A stretch of DNA of 64,000 nucleotides from an uncultured Chthoniobacterales bacterium (GCA_964235895.1 CAXSCV010000001.1:20880-84879); one strand, 5' to 3'; shown: positions 46,038-56,106, numbered from the stretch's first letter. The notes: generated by a model from the letters alone, not told the origin. Numbers and translations: made by a program.

Positions 46038-47632
46038 AGGAATACGATTTCGTGGTGATCGGCAGCGGGATCGCGGGCCTGAGTTTTGCGCTGAAAGCGG
46101 CGAAGCACGGCTCGGTCGCCGTCATCACCAAACGCAAGGGCGCAGACTCGAATACCGCGTGGGCGCAGGGCGGTGTGGCTTGCGTGACCAGCGATGAAGA
46201 TTCCTTCGCGTTGCATGTGCGCGATACGCTCGAGGCGGGCGCGGGTCTTTGCGACGAGGAAACTGTGCGTGTCATTGTTACAGAAGGTCCGGCGCGGATT
46301 GAGGAGCTGATGCAAATCGGTTTGCATTTCGACGAGCGCGAAGTGTCCGGTCATCGCGAGCTGGATCTCGGCCGCGAAGGCGGACATTCGAAACGTCGCG
46401 TGCTTCATGTCCACGACATGACTGGCGCGGAAATCGAGAAGACGCTCCTGGCCGAACTGGCGCGCTCGCCGCGAGTGCAGTTAATGGAGAATCACATGGC
46501 GGTCGATTTGATCACCGCCGGCAAGCTTGGTTTCGCGACGGAGGAACGATGCCTCGGCGTTTATGTGCTCGATGAGAAAACGACCGAAGTCGAAACGATT
46601 CGCACCGATCGGCTGGTGTTGGCGACCGGCGGCTGCGGAAAAGTTTATCTCTACACAACCAATCCCGACGTCGCGACCGGCGACGGCGTAGCCATGGCCT
46701 GGCGCGCGGGCGCGACGATCGCGAACATGGAGTTCATCCAATTTCATCCCACGTGTTTGTTTCACGCAGACGCGAAATCATTCCTCATCTCGGAAGCGGT
46801 CCGCGGCGAAGGCGGGATTTTGCGGAACAGCCGCGGCGAAGATTTCATGGCGCGCTATCATCCGCAGAAATCGCTCGCCCCGCGGGACATCGTCGCGCGC
46901 GCGATCGATTCGGAGATCAAACGTTCCGGCGCGAAGTGCGTTTATCTCGACATCACGCAGCAATCGCCTGAGTTCCTGCGCGAACGTTTTCCGCACATTT
47001 ACGAGACGTGTTTGCGGTTCGGAATCGACATGACGAAGGAGCCGATTCCGGTCGTGCCGGCGGCTCATTATCAGTGCGGCGGAATCAAAACTGACGCGAA
47101 TGGCGCGACCTCGTTGCCCGGCCTTTACGCGATCGGCGAAGTTGCGTGCACCGGATTGCACGGAGCGAATCGGCTCGCGAGTAATTCGTTACTCGAGGGC
47201 TTGGTCGTGGCGCATCGCGCTTGCGAGGCTTTGCTGCACGAACAGCCGCCGACGCATCCCGCGCGGCAAATTCACTTGCCGGAATGGCAACCGGGCGACG
47301 TGCAGGATGTGGACGAGTTGGTCGTGATCTACCACAACTGGGGCGAAATCCGCCGCCTGATGTGGGACTACGTCGGGATCGTGCGGACGGACAAGCGACT
47401 GCAGCGGGCGAGCGCGCGACTGCGGAATTTGCAGCGCGAGATCCGGGAGTTTTATTGGAATTTCAAGGTTACAGTCGATCTGCTGGAATTGCGCAACCTG
47501 GCGACGGTGGCGGCGTTGATCGTCGATTCCGCGCTCAGCCGCAAAGAAAGTCGCGGTCTGCATTTTACGCTCGACCATCCGGAGACTGACGATAAAGATT
47601 TCAAACGCGACACGCTTGTCAGCCGGACGTAG
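46034..47632 (+). CDS. nadB: L-aspartate oxidase
   Basis: DFVVIGSGIAGLSFAL, NTAWAQGGVA, HPTCL, GEVACTGLHGANRLASNSLLE. Confidence 0.95.
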   Translation: MKEYDFVVIGSGIAGLSFALKAAKHGSVAVITKRKGADSNTAWAQGGVACVTSDEDSFALHVRDTLEAGAGLCDEETVRVIVTEGPARIEELMQIGLHFDEREVSGHRELDLGREGGHSKRRVLHVHDMTGAEIEKTLLAELARSPRVQLMENHMAVDLITAGKLGFATEERCLGVYVLDEKTTEVETIRTDRLVLATGGCGKVYLYTTNPDVATGDGVAMAWRAGATIANMEFIQFHPTCLFHADAKSFLISEAVRGEGGILRNSRGEDFMARYHPQKSLAPRDIVARAIDSEIKRSGAKCVYLDITQQSPEFLRERFPHIYETCLRFGIDMTKEPIPVVPAAHYQCGGIKTDANGATSLPGLYAIGEVACTGLHGANRLASNSLLEGLVVAHRACEALLHEQPPTHPARQIHLPEWQPGDVQDVDELVVIYHNWGEIRRLMWDYVGIVRTDKRLQRASARLRNLQREIREFYWNFKVTVDLLELRNLATVAALIVDSALSRKESRGLHFTLDHPETDDKDFKRDTLVSRT

Positions 47633-47751
47633 CGACTTGGAATAGATAGTGCTTTGGCAGAATGCGAGCGGGGCCGCAAGCGCTTCGCTCCGAGGCTAAA
47701 GGCTTGCCACGAAGATGAATTTTAGATAATGGAAGCCCGGCATCTGGTTCA

Positions 47752-48585
47752 ATGAGAAGCACTTTTGCATATTTCGTTTTGCTCCTGAGCGCGGCCGCTT
47801 TCGCCCGCGCGCAGTCGCCTTACGAAAGCAGCGCCGACTTCGCGAAATACGCCATGAAGTTACGCGAGCAAGCGATGATGAAGGTCGAGCCGCAGGTCTT
47901 CGTCCCGACTTCCTCGCGCACCAGCACGCAGCGTTATCCGTGGAAAACGAACATCGTCACGACGGTTTTTTGGGTGGGCGAGCAGCCGACGGAAAATAAT
48001 CCGGTGCCGAATAACAAGAGCTCGTGGGACGCAAACTGGACTTCCAGTTACGGCGGCTACGACACCCCCGATACTTCGAATCGCCGCAATTACATTCCGG
48101 TTTCGTTCACTCCGCGGCAGAACCCGTTTTACGTCGCGCTGCCTTACAACGACGTCACGCATGGCCAATTCAAACCTGAGGCCGCGCTGGTCATTCCGTG
48201 GTTCAAACAATCATTCACCGAGCAGGGAAAATCGGTCTGCAAAGATCGCTGGATCGCGGTGCGCAAAGGCAACCGCGTTTGTTATGCGCAATGGGAAGAT
48301 TGCGGGCCGTTTCGCACCGATCATTTCCAATACGTTTTCCAAAACGAGCGACCGAAACCGAATCTGAACCACGGCGCCGGCCTCGATGTTTCGCCGGCGG
48401 TGCGCGATTATCTTAGCCTGCAAAATACCGACGTGACCGATTGGCAATTCGTCGAAGTGCGCGACGTCGCGCCGGGACCGTGGCGAAACTTCGGCGACAA
48501 TAATCATTTCGTCATCGCGCAGCGGCAGTCGCAGATGAATCAGCAGCGCGTCGTGCAGGAAACGACGGACAAAAAGAAGAAGTAA
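47752..48585 (+). CDS. Secreted hypothetical protein (possible RlpA-like double-psi beta-barrel)
   Basis: Signal peptide ending in ...AAAFARAQ. The C-terminal part (RWIAVRKGNRVCYAQWEDCGPF...GLDVSPAVRDYL) weakly resembles the DPBB pattern. Confidence 0.6.
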   Translation: MRSTFAYFVLLLSAAAFARAQSPYESSADFAKYAMKLREQAMMKVEPQVFVPTSSRTSTQRYPWKTNIVTTVFWVGEQPTENNPVPNNKSSWDANWTSSYGGYDTPDTSNRRNYIPVSFTPRQNPFYVALPYNDVTHGQFKPEAALVIPWFKQSFTEQGKSVCKDRWIAVRKGNRVCYAQWEDCGPFRTDHFQYVFQNERPKPNLNHGAGLDVSPAVRDYLSLQNTDVTDWQFVEVRDVAPGPWRNFGDNNHFVIAQRQSQMNQQRVVQETTDKKKK

Positions 48586-48603
48586 GGCGCGTCCTGCGCG
48601 CGA

Positions 48604-48613
48604 CTCGTTAGGC
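48604..48613 (+). repeat. Copy of over-represented 10-mer CTCGTTAGGC
   Basis: Exact match. Supplies the Ala-TAA end of the dynamin-like gene. An inverted partial copy (GCCTAACC) lies 3 nt downstream. Confidence 0.9.
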
Positions 48614-48623
48614 GTGGCCTAAC
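48607..48623. terminator. Short hairpin formed by an inverted pair of the repeated motif core between convergent genes
   Basis: GTTAGGC-GTG-GCCTAAC (7-bp stem, 3-nt loop) spanning the stop codon of the dynamin-like gene and lying 22 nt after the stop of 47752..48585. There is no clear U-tract. Confidence 0.3.
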
Positions 48624-50332
48624 CGATTCTTCAAGGGCGCGAAGATCTTCTTCAGTTCTTCCACGCGGTCGAGCAACGGCTGGTAACGCTCTCGTTCGGT
48701 CGTGCAAAAGATGACGAGCGGCTGAAAGGCCGTGGCCACTTCGTTGTAGAAAAGGTCGATGGCGTGTTCCATTTGCTGCTCGATCGCGCGCACCAACTCG
48801 TTGCGCTTGGCTTCCATTTCCTTGTCGTAAGCGTTCAGAATTTTCCGCCGCTGGCCGAAGGCAAAAACAGTTCCAAGCACAAGCGCGGAACTGGCGATGA
48901 TGCCGGTCACGTCCGCTACTGAAGCACTGATCATCGCCGCAAGAATGGTCGCGATTCCGCCGGCGGCTGCGACTCCGGCGGGCAGGCGGAGCCAGGCCGC
49001 GCTCTCGCGGAACATACGTCCGAGTTGTTCTTCCACGCCCTTGCCCGCGACGCGTTCGACCAGGGTTAGCTGGATCGATTGCAGGAGCGCGCGACGTTGC
49101 TGGGCAAAATCCGGAATGGTTTTGTTCACGCGATTTTTTCCTTCGGAAGCAAACTTCGCTTCGAGCATGTCCTGCAACTGCGGCCAGAGTCCGCGCAGAT
49201 CGGCCTCGAGTAATTGCACCGCGTTCTCGACCTGCGGTTGCACGGTTTCGCGCAACTTCTTTTCCACTTCGTCCTGGAAATCGTGCTGCCATTTCTCGCG
49301 GCTAAAGATCAGCCGCCAAGTTTTGAAAAACGAAAGACGATCCTCGAGCAATTTCGTTCCGTGCTCCGCGCAATCGCGGCAAGCGCGCTCGACGCCGCGG
49401 AGAAATCCCGCGATCTGCCGCAGCGTTTGCTCTTTGCGCGTCTGCAAAAATGCGTTGACCCGCGCGAGATTTTCTTCGTCGCGCAAAATCATCTCGAAAC
49501 TTCCGCGCACTTCCTCCGCCACTTCTCCGAGCACCAAATCCGCGGTGCGCCCGGTCGATTGCAGCTTCAAGATGCGCGCGCCGGTTTCCGTGACCATGTG
49601 ATTGATCTGCGCTTCCAGCGGAGCGAATCCGCTCTCCTTCCAAAGCTGGTCGTTGCCAATCTCGGTCGTGCGCGCGAGCAAGGCCTTGCGCGCGGAGACG
49701 GCAAAAATCGGCGGCGTGAATCCGAGTTTTTGCAACGCCGTATCCGCCAGATGATTGCGCACGGTTTCGATCTCCGTCGCGTCGCGCAGGTCCGCTTGTT
49801 GCAAGACGAAGACGACATTCTTCAGCCATTTTTTTTGCACAAGATCGAGCAACGCCCAGGCCGATTTCGTCCACGGATTGGTCACGGAAAAAACGAAGAG
49901 CACGAGATCGGCGCGCGGGATGAATGTTTCCGTGATCGTCTGATGCTGCGGCACCATCGTGTTCGTGCCCGGCGTGTCGACAACATTGAAGTCGCGCAGG
50001 AACGCGATCGGCTCGTAGCGCTCGGTCAGTTGCGGCGAGACTTCGACTGATTTTGCTTCGTCGCCGTAACGGAAAATGTAAACGCGATCGGTCGCGGGCA
50101 GCACGTCGACGCGGGCAAATTCCTGACCGAAAAGTCCGTTGAGCAGCGACGACTTGCCGGCTTTCACTTCGCCGACGACGACGAAAAGAATCGGCTCGCG
50201 AATGTCGCTGAGCAGGCCTTGCAGAATTTCGAGACTGGCCGGATCGCGACGCATTTCCGTGCTCAATTTGAGCAAACCGGCCAGCGCGCTTTCCAGGTCG
50301 GTGCGGAGCTGCAGATAACTATCGGCCAGCAT
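48608..50332 (-). CDS. Dynamin-family GTPase (bacterial dynamin-like protein) with a C-terminal membrane hairpin
   Basis: P-loop GEVKAGKSSLLNGLFG, DTPG and VLQQAD motifs, long helical stalk, hydrophobic segment near the C-terminus. Confidence 0.8.
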   Translation of the reverse strand: MLADSYLQLRTDLESALAGLLKLSTEMRRDPASLEILQGLLSDIREPILFVVVGEVKAGKSSLLNGLFGQEFARVDVLPATDRVYIFRYGDEAKSVEVSPQLTERYEPIAFLRDFNVVDTPGTNTMVPQHQTITETFIPRADLVLFVFSVTNPWTKSAWALLDLVQKKWLKNVVFVLQQADLRDATEIETVRNHLADTALQKLGFTPPIFAVSARKALLARTTEIGNDQLWKESGFAPLEAQINHMVTETGARILKLQSTGRTADLVLGEVAEEVRGSFEMILRDEENLARVNAFLQTRKEQTLRQIAGFLRGVERACRDCAEHGTKLLEDRLSFFKTWRLIFSREKWQHDFQDEVEKKLRETVQPQVENAVQLLEADLRGLWPQLQDMLEAKFASEGKNRVNKTIPDFAQQRRALLQSIQLTLVERVAGKGVEEQLGRMFRESAAWLRLPAGVAAAGGIATILAAMISASVADVTGIIASSALVLGTVFAFGQRRKILNAYDKEMEAKRNELVRAIEQQMEHAIDLFYNEVATAFQPLVIFCTTERERYQPLLDRVEELKKIFAPLKNRLGHA

Positions 50333-50341
50333 GCCGCGCCT

Positions 50342-51187
50342 CTACTTCGCGATGGTCGCGGAAGGCGCTGCGACTGGCGGCGTCGCCGGATTCGCCGGCG
50401 TCGCGGCTTCGACAGTCGCCGACGGTCGCGGCGTGGACGCGGGTTTTGGCGGCAGCGGTTTTGCCATGGCGATCAACTCCGAGACGGTGACGAATTTAAA
50501 TCCTTTCGCTTCCAATTGATCGAAGGTTGCGGGCATCGCTTCGATCGTTCCCGGATGAATGTCGTGCGAAAGAATAATCGAGCCGGGCCGCGTTTCGCTG
50601 ACGATGCGATGCGTCACCACGCTCGGGCCGGGCCGCTTCCAATCCAGCGGATCGACGTCCCAAATAATGATGCGATAACCGAATTCGTTGTGGATCCAAT
50701 TCTTCTGCCGCGCGGTGATTGAACCGTAAGGCGGCCGCAAAAATATCGGACGGGTGCCGATGGCCGCTTTGATCGCGTCGTCGGTTTTTTGCAATTCGCG
50801 GCGCACGGCTTCGTCGCTCATCTTCGCGAGGTTCGGATGCGACCAGGAATGGTTCGCGATCTCGTGACCTTCGCGCGCCGCGCGTTTCAGGATTTCCGGA
50901 TGATCGGCGGCATTTTGTCCGACGACGAAAAAGGTCGCTTTGATATGATGCGCGGCCAGAAGGTCGAGCAGTTTCGGCGTTAAGGTGGCGTTCGGTCCGT
51001 CGTCAAAAGTCATTGCGATATACGGACCGTCGACGTGCACGGAATCGAAAGTGATCTGCGGCCCGTTCGCGGCCGGCGGCGCGGTCTTGATCGGTTCAGG
51101 AATAGGCGAGGGCGTGGTCTGCGCGGGAGCAAATCGAGCGGGAAAAAAGCAAAGCGCGACGAGCGCGAGCAACCGTAAAACAGGCAT
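50342..51187 (-). CDS. Polysaccharide deacetylase (NodB homology) family protein, secreted
   Basis: Signal peptide MPVLRLLALVALCFFPARFAPAQ, TFDDGP motif, HSWSHP. Confidence 0.85.
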   Translation of the reverse strand: MPVLRLLALVALCFFPARFAPAQTTPSPIPEPIKTAPPAANGPQITFDSVHVDGPYIAMTFDDGPNATLTPKLLDLLAAHHIKATFFVVGQNAADHPEILKRAAREGHEIANHSWSHPNLAKMSDEAVRRELQKTDDAIKAAIGTRPIFLRPPYGSITARQKNWIHNEFGYRIIIWDVDPLDWKRPGPSVVTHRIVSETRPGSIILSHDIHPGTIEAMPATFDQLEAKGFKFVTVSELIAMAKPLPPKPASTPRPSATVEAATPANPATPPVAAPSATIAK

Positions 51188-51377
51188 GGCGATGCGGGTA
51201 AACCGAAACTCCGCTGTATGTAGCAGAGCGAATACGCAACGCAACAAACGCGCCATCGCGCCGGTTTCTTTCCGGTCCCCCTCGGGGCGGTCTTCGTTCT
51301 GACAAAGCCGCAACCTTGGCAGTCATTCTGCTATTTCAGGAGCGGGACCTTCGCTGAAGGGGATTCGCCGTCGAAAA

Positions 51378-53288
51378 ATGAAAACCTTGCTCGTCGAAAA
51401 TCACGCGGAGAGCCGTGGCAATTTACAACGGTCGCTCGAGCATCGTGGCCACGAAGTGGTCGCGGTCGGAAGCGCGGAAGAAGGCAAACTTGCGCTCGCG
51501 GCGCAACGCTTCGATCTGCTCATGCTCGATGCGATGTTGCCGGGGAAGAGCGGTCGCCAATTCTGTCGCGAAGTTCGTGAGCAAGCGCGCGGCGATGAAA
51601 TATTTATCCTGTTGCTGACCGCGCGCGCCGAGGTGGAAGATTTGCCGGAAGCGCTGGCAGCGGGCGCGAATGATTATTTGGCGAAGCCGGTCGATCTTGG
51701 ATTACTCAACGTCCGGCTGGCTTTGGCGGAGCGGCAGATCCGCGACTTGGCGGAGCGCAATCGCGCGCGCCTGGCCGCGCAGGAATCCGCGCGCGCGCTC
51801 GAGAGCATTCTCGAGAATATGACCGACGGTTTCATTTCGCTCGATGCCGATTGGCGATTCATTCACGTGAATCCGCGCGCGGAAGAACAGCTCGGGCAGA
51901 GCCGCGAAAATTTGGAAGGCGCGGTCCTGTGGGAAAGATTTCCGCAACTGCTCGGTTCGGCTTTTGAGACCAGTTATCGGCGGGTGAAAGCGGAGCGCAT
52001 CTCGCTCGATTTCGAATCGATGGGGCTGGAGGACAAACGCTGGTACGAAGCCCACGCCTATCCGAGCACGGGCGGCGGCATCTCGGTTTTTTTTCGCGAC
52101 ATCACCGAGCGCCGACGAGCCGAGGATGAGCGTTTGACCACGAGTAAATTAGAGTCGTTAGGCACGCTCGCCGGTGGCATCGCGCACGACCTGAATAATA
52201 TTCTCACGGTCATCTCCGGTAACATCGGCCTCGCGCAAATGGAAGCGCCGCGCGATGGCGGAGGCAACGTCCTTTCGTTCCTGACCAAAGCCGGCCAGGC
52301 CGCGGAACACGCGGCTCATCTTTCCAGCCAGCTGCTCACTTTCTCGAAAGGCGGCACGCCGGTGATGAAGGCGGCTTCTGTCGCGGACTTGCTCGCGCAG
52401 GCTGCGGAGTTTTCCCTCTACGGCTCGAATCTTCGACTCGATCTCGATCTTGCGGAGGAGCTTTGGCATGCGGAGGTCGATGCCGGTCAGATCGAACAAG
52501 TGGTCAACGCGCTGGTTATGAATGCGCGCGAAGCGATGCCGCAAGGCGGCGTCATTCGGCTGAGCGCGCACAATGTGGAACTCGCTGCGGAAGCGATGGC
52601 GATTTTGCCCGCGGGTTCTTATTTAAAAATCACCATCGCCGATAATGGAGACGGAATATCTGACGAGATGGCGACGAAGATTTTCGATCCTTATTTCACG
52701 ACCAAATCTTCCTCGAGCGGTCTGGGGCTTTCGATCAGTTATTCGATTGTGCGCAAACATGGCGGCCTCCTGCATTTGGAGCAGACTTCGCCGGAAGGAT
52801 CGACCTTCGCATTTTATCTGCGCGCGACTCCTCGCGTGGAAGTGGCGCCGGAGAAAAGCGTTGGTGAACGCGTTTACAGTTTTGGGCACCAACGCATTCT
52901 TGTGATGGACGACGAAGCCGCCATTCGCGAGCTCACTTCGCAGCTTCTCGGCACCCTCGGTTACGAAGTAACAACGGTGCCCGACGGCGAGGAGGCGATC
53001 AAAACTTACGAGTGCGCGATGGAACGCGGCGAAGCATTTCAGGCAGTGATTTTGGATGCGACCATCCGCGGCGGCTTGGGCGGATTGGCTACAATCGAAC
53101 AGCTGCGTGGGTTGGATCCGGAAGTGAACGCACTCATTTGCAGCGGCTATTCCGATGAAGCGGCGCTGGCGGAATTTCTCGCCTACGGTTTTCGCGGCGC
53201 ATTGCCGAAGCCGTTTACGCGCGGCCAATTGGCCGAAGCGCTACAGAGAACGTTGCAGGGCGGACAACCCGCGGAAGTCTGTGCTTAG
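51378..53288 (+). CDS. Hybrid sensor histidine kinase (REC-PAS-HisKA-HATPase-REC)
   Basis: N-terminal receiver (LLMLDAMLPGKSG), PAS region, H-box LAGGIAHDLNNIL, N/G-box ATPase motifs, and a C-terminal receiver (ILVMDDE). Confidence 0.9.
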   Translation: MKTLLVENHAESRGNLQRSLEHRGHEVVAVGSAEEGKLALAAQRFDLLMLDAMLPGKSGRQFCREVREQARGDEIFILLLTARAEVEDLPEALAAGANDYLAKPVDLGLLNVRLALAERQIRDLAERNRARLAAQESARALESILENMTDGFISLDADWRFIHVNPRAEEQLGQSRENLEGAVLWERFPQLLGSAFETSYRRVKAERISLDFESMGLEDKRWYEAHAYPSTGGGISVFFRDITERRRAEDERLTTSKLESLGTLAGGIAHDLNNILTVISGNIGLAQMEAPRDGGGNVLSFLTKAGQAAEHAAHLSSQLLTFSKGGTPVMKAASVADLLAQAAEFSLYGSNLRLDLDLAEELWHAEVDAGQIEQVVNALVMNAREAMPQGGVIRLSAHNVELAAEAMAILPAGSYLKITIADNGDGISDEMATKIFDPYFTTKSSSSGLGLSISYSIVRKHGGLLHLEQTSPEGSTFAFYLRATPRVEVAPEKSVGERVYSFGHQRILVMDDEAAIRELTSQLLGTLGYEVTTVPDGEEAIKTYECAMERGEAFQAVILDATIRGGLGGLATIEQLRGLDPEVNALICSGYSDEAALAEFLAYGFRGALPKPFTRGQLAEALQRTLQGGQPAEVCA

Positions 53289-53297
53289 TCGCGCGGA

Positions 53298-53741
53298 CTA
53301 GCTCTTCCGAAGTTTTTCCAACTCGGCGATAAACGCGGCCGGCCCGCCCGGCGTGTAGCCGATTTCGCCAACCACTTTACCCTCGGCATTGAGGACGACG
53401 ATGGTCGGGAAACCTTCAATCTGAAATTGCTGCGCGAGCTGCTGGTTTTGGATTTTCTCTGCGTCGCTCAGTTCCTTGCGGCGCGGAAAATCGAGCTCCA
53501 CCAGGACGAGATTATCCTTGGCGTATTTTTGGAACTCGGGCTGGGAAAAAACTTCGCGATCCAACTTGATGCACCAGCCGCACCAATCCGAACCGGTGAA
53601 ATCGAGCAAGACGAGTTTCTTGTTCGACTTCGCTTCCGATTGCGCCTGCTTGAAATCGGTCAGCCAGCCGTCCTTCGCGAAAGCCGAGGAAGCGAGCATG
53701 AAAGAAGCAAATGCGAGAAGAACAAGACGGAAATTTTTCAC
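53298..53741 (-). CDS. Thioredoxin-fold protein, secreted
   Basis: GTG start giving the signal peptide VKNFRLVLLAFASFMLASSAFA. WCGWC active-site motif. Confidence 0.75.
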   Translation of the reverse strand: MKNFRLVLLAFASFMLASSAFAKDGWLTDFKQAQSEAKSNKKLVLLDFTGSDWCGWCIKLDREVFSQPEFQKYAKDNLVLVELDFPRRKELSDAEKIQNQQLAQQFQIEGFPTIVVLNAEGKVVGEIGYTPGGPAAFIAELEKLRKS

Positions 53742-53861
53742 GCGTTTAGTTTCTCGCAGCTTCGGTTTGGCGCAAGCGACTTCGCTCGTCACAGACGATG
53801 CCTGTACAAAGTTAGCCCGGCGTCGAAACGCCGGGCCACCAAACAAACAAAAAAGGATTCG

Positions 53862-54152
53862 TTAGGCTTTAATGTGTCCCGAGACCAGCTTGGTCATCTC
53901 GAACATGCTGACCTGGGTTTTGCCATTGAAGACCGGCTTGAGCGCGTCATCGGCATTGATGAGGGTGCGCTTCTTTTTATCCTGGCACCCATTCTTCTTG
54001 ATGTAGTCCCAGAGTTTCTTGGTGAGCTCGGAACGAGGAAGTGGTTTGGAGCCAACGATAGCAGCGAGCTTGTCGTCAGGTTGAACCGGCTTCATGAAAG
54101 CGGCATTCGGTTTACGTTTAGCGGGAGACTTGGTGGAAGTGGTTTTCGGCAT
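53862..54152 (-). CDS. SWIB/MDM2 domain-containing protein
   Basis: LAAIVGSKPLPRSELTKKLWDYIKKNGCQDKKKRTLINADDALKPVF is a typical SWIB core preceded by a basic N-terminus. Confidence 0.85.
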   Translation of the reverse strand: MPKTTSTKSPAKRKPNAAFMKPVQPDDKLAAIVGSKPLPRSELTKKLWDYIKKNGCQDKKKRTLINADDALKPVFNGKTQVSMFEMTKLVSGHIKA

Positions 54153-54224
54153 AAGGGCTGATTAATCTCTCCCTAGGGGCAGGGCAATAATAAACTTCGA
54201 CCTAGAAAAAATTTCGTGCCTGCT

Positions 54225-55391
54225 TTAATCCGCGCGCTTTACCGCGATCGCGGCCACGTCATCAGGCAGCGGTTTGTCGCCGCTGCTCGAGTCGGCCTGA
54301 TCAATAACAATATCGAGCAGCGCTTGCGCGTTTCGTCCCGCGGGCTGTAACGCTTCTGCCAGCCGCGCGGGAGTAAGCCGAGGCGCGCTCCCGTTTTCAC
54401 CGCCGAACAATCCATCGGTATAGAGAATGAAGGCGTCGCCGCGTGCGAGATCGAATTCGCTTTCGCTAAACTCCGTCCGCTCGACTAAACCGAGCGGCGG
54501 CGCGGAGGAAGAAATCGTTTCCGTTGCGCCTTCGCGTCGCGTGATCAGCAATGACGGATGTCCCGCGCCCACGACCGTCGCGTGACCGCTCACGGGATCG
54601 AGCGCCACACACATCGCAGTCATAAAAGAACGCGCGCCGAAGATGCTGCGGAAATCCTGATTAACCGCGCGCATGATCGCCGCCGGCCGGGTGTGTTCGT
54701 CGCTGCCGTGATGGAAAAGGAGCTTGGCTAAAGTGGTAATCAAAGCGGCCGAGGCGCCATGGCCAGTAGCATCGGCGATCCAGAAAAGCGTGCGCCCGTC
54801 CGCCATGCGCAGCCATCCATAAATGTCGCCGCCGACCTGAATGACCGGACGATAAATCGCCGCTACATCCCAGCCTTCCAGCGCGGGCGGTTTCTGCGGG
54901 ATGAGCGATTGCTGGGTCAGCCGCGCCGCTTCCAGATCGCGCTCGAGATTGGTGCGCCACGCTTCCAGCTCATCATTTTGCTGCTGCAATTGTGCGCGCA
55001 TCGAGCGCAGTCGCAGATGGGTTTCGATACGCGCGCGCAAGACCGCCTGGTTGATCGGCTTGGTCACGAAATCATCCGCGCCCGCTTCCAAACAAAGCAC
55101 CTCGCTATCTTCGCCGCCGTGCCCGGTCAGCATGATCGTAGGCAACTGCGCGACCGCGGGATCGTGATCGGCGCGGAGCTTTTTCAAAACCTCATCGCCG
55201 TTCATTCCCGGCATGTCGAAATCGAGCAGCAACAACGACGGAACTTCCTCATGCAACATCGCGAGCGCCTGCGTGCCGTCGGCCGCTTCGCGACAATCGT
55301 AGCCTGCGGAGGAAAGCGAGCGCACCAGCAAACGCCGGCTCATCGCATCGTCATCTGCAACCAAAACTTGTTCGGCGTCGTTACTTGCCAT
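54225..55391 (-). CDS. Response-regulator receiver fused to a PP2C/SpoIIE-type phosphatase
   Basis: The REC domain (VLVADDDAMSRRLL...LLLLDFDMPGMNG) is followed by a PP2C-like region (GGDIYGW...DATGHGASAAL...YTDGL). Internal ATG at 55391. Confidence 0.85.
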   Translation of the reverse strand: MASNDAEQVLVADDDAMSRRLLVRSLSSAGYDCREAADGTQALAMLHEEVPSLLLLDFDMPGMNGDEVLKKLRADHDPAVAQLPTIMLTGHGGEDSEVLCLEAGADDFVTKPINQAVLRARIETHLRLRSMRAQLQQQNDELEAWRTNLERDLEAARLTQQSLIPQKPPALEGWDVAAIYRPVIQVGGDIYGWLRMADGRTLFWIADATGHGASAALITTLAKLLFHHGSDEHTRPAAIMRAVNQDFRSIFGARSFMTAMCVALDPVSGHATVVGAGHPSLLITRREGATETISSSAPPLGLVERTEFSESEFDLARGDAFILYTDGLFGGENGSAPRLTPARLAEALQPAGRNAQALLDIVIDQADSSSGDKPLPDDVAAIAVKRAD

Positions 55392-55548
55392 GCGATGTTT
55401 TTTGATCCGAAAAAATACCTGCCCGCGAGGTGCATCTCGCGATGAGCACGGCCTGCCCGTCAAGCTATATACACACGCGCGCGCGGCATTTAAAAATTGT
55501 CAGTCGCGGGACATTGAATTAGAACGAACCCACTTCGTCGTAACGCCT

Positions 55549-55947
55549 ATGAAATTTTCCATCAGCCTCGCGCTCCTCGCAGTTTTTGTCCTGACCTCGT
55601 GCGAGATTGATGAGCCGCCTCCGCGGAAGCGACGGCCGGTTTCGCGCTATCCCGCGCCACAAACAAGCCAGTATCCGCCGGCGCCGCAGCCTTTCGCCAC
55701 CGAAGGCGGAACTCCCGGAAACGTGCCCCCGCCGCAACCGGAGGCGACCCAGGAAACTGCCGCCGCCGCTCCGCCGCCCGCCACCTCTGCGCCCAAGGGT
55801 GATTATCCTTACGGCGTGCCGGTTCCGGGAAAACCCGGCTTCGTCCGCAGCCCTTATTCGCCGGATAAAATGACGGACGTGCGCGGCTACGCGCCGGGGA
55901 CCGAAGTGAAAGATCCTTACACGCAAAAGATCTTTCTGGTTCCGTAA
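55549..55947 (+). CDS. Pro-rich lipoprotein (hypothetical)
   Basis: MKFSISLALLAVFVLTSC lipobox followed by P/A-rich low complexity, 132 aa. Confidence 0.6.
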   Translation: MKFSISLALLAVFVLTSCEIDEPPPRKRRPVSRYPAPQTSQYPPAPQPFATEGGTPGNVPPPQPEATQETAAAAPPPATSAPKGDYPYGVPVPGKPGFVRSPYSPDKMTDVRGYAPGTEVKDPYTQKIFLVP

Positions 55948-56106
55948 CGAAATCGCGCACGCGCGCGCCGGCTTGTCGGCGGAATGTCGGCGGCGGACTT
56001 CTCCGAAGCTGGACAAGCCGGATGATTATCCGATGCTGCGCTTCCCCCGCGACTTCCAACGCGTGCCACGCGCGCCGGCAAAGACAAAAACGAACACATT
56101 CGCCAC

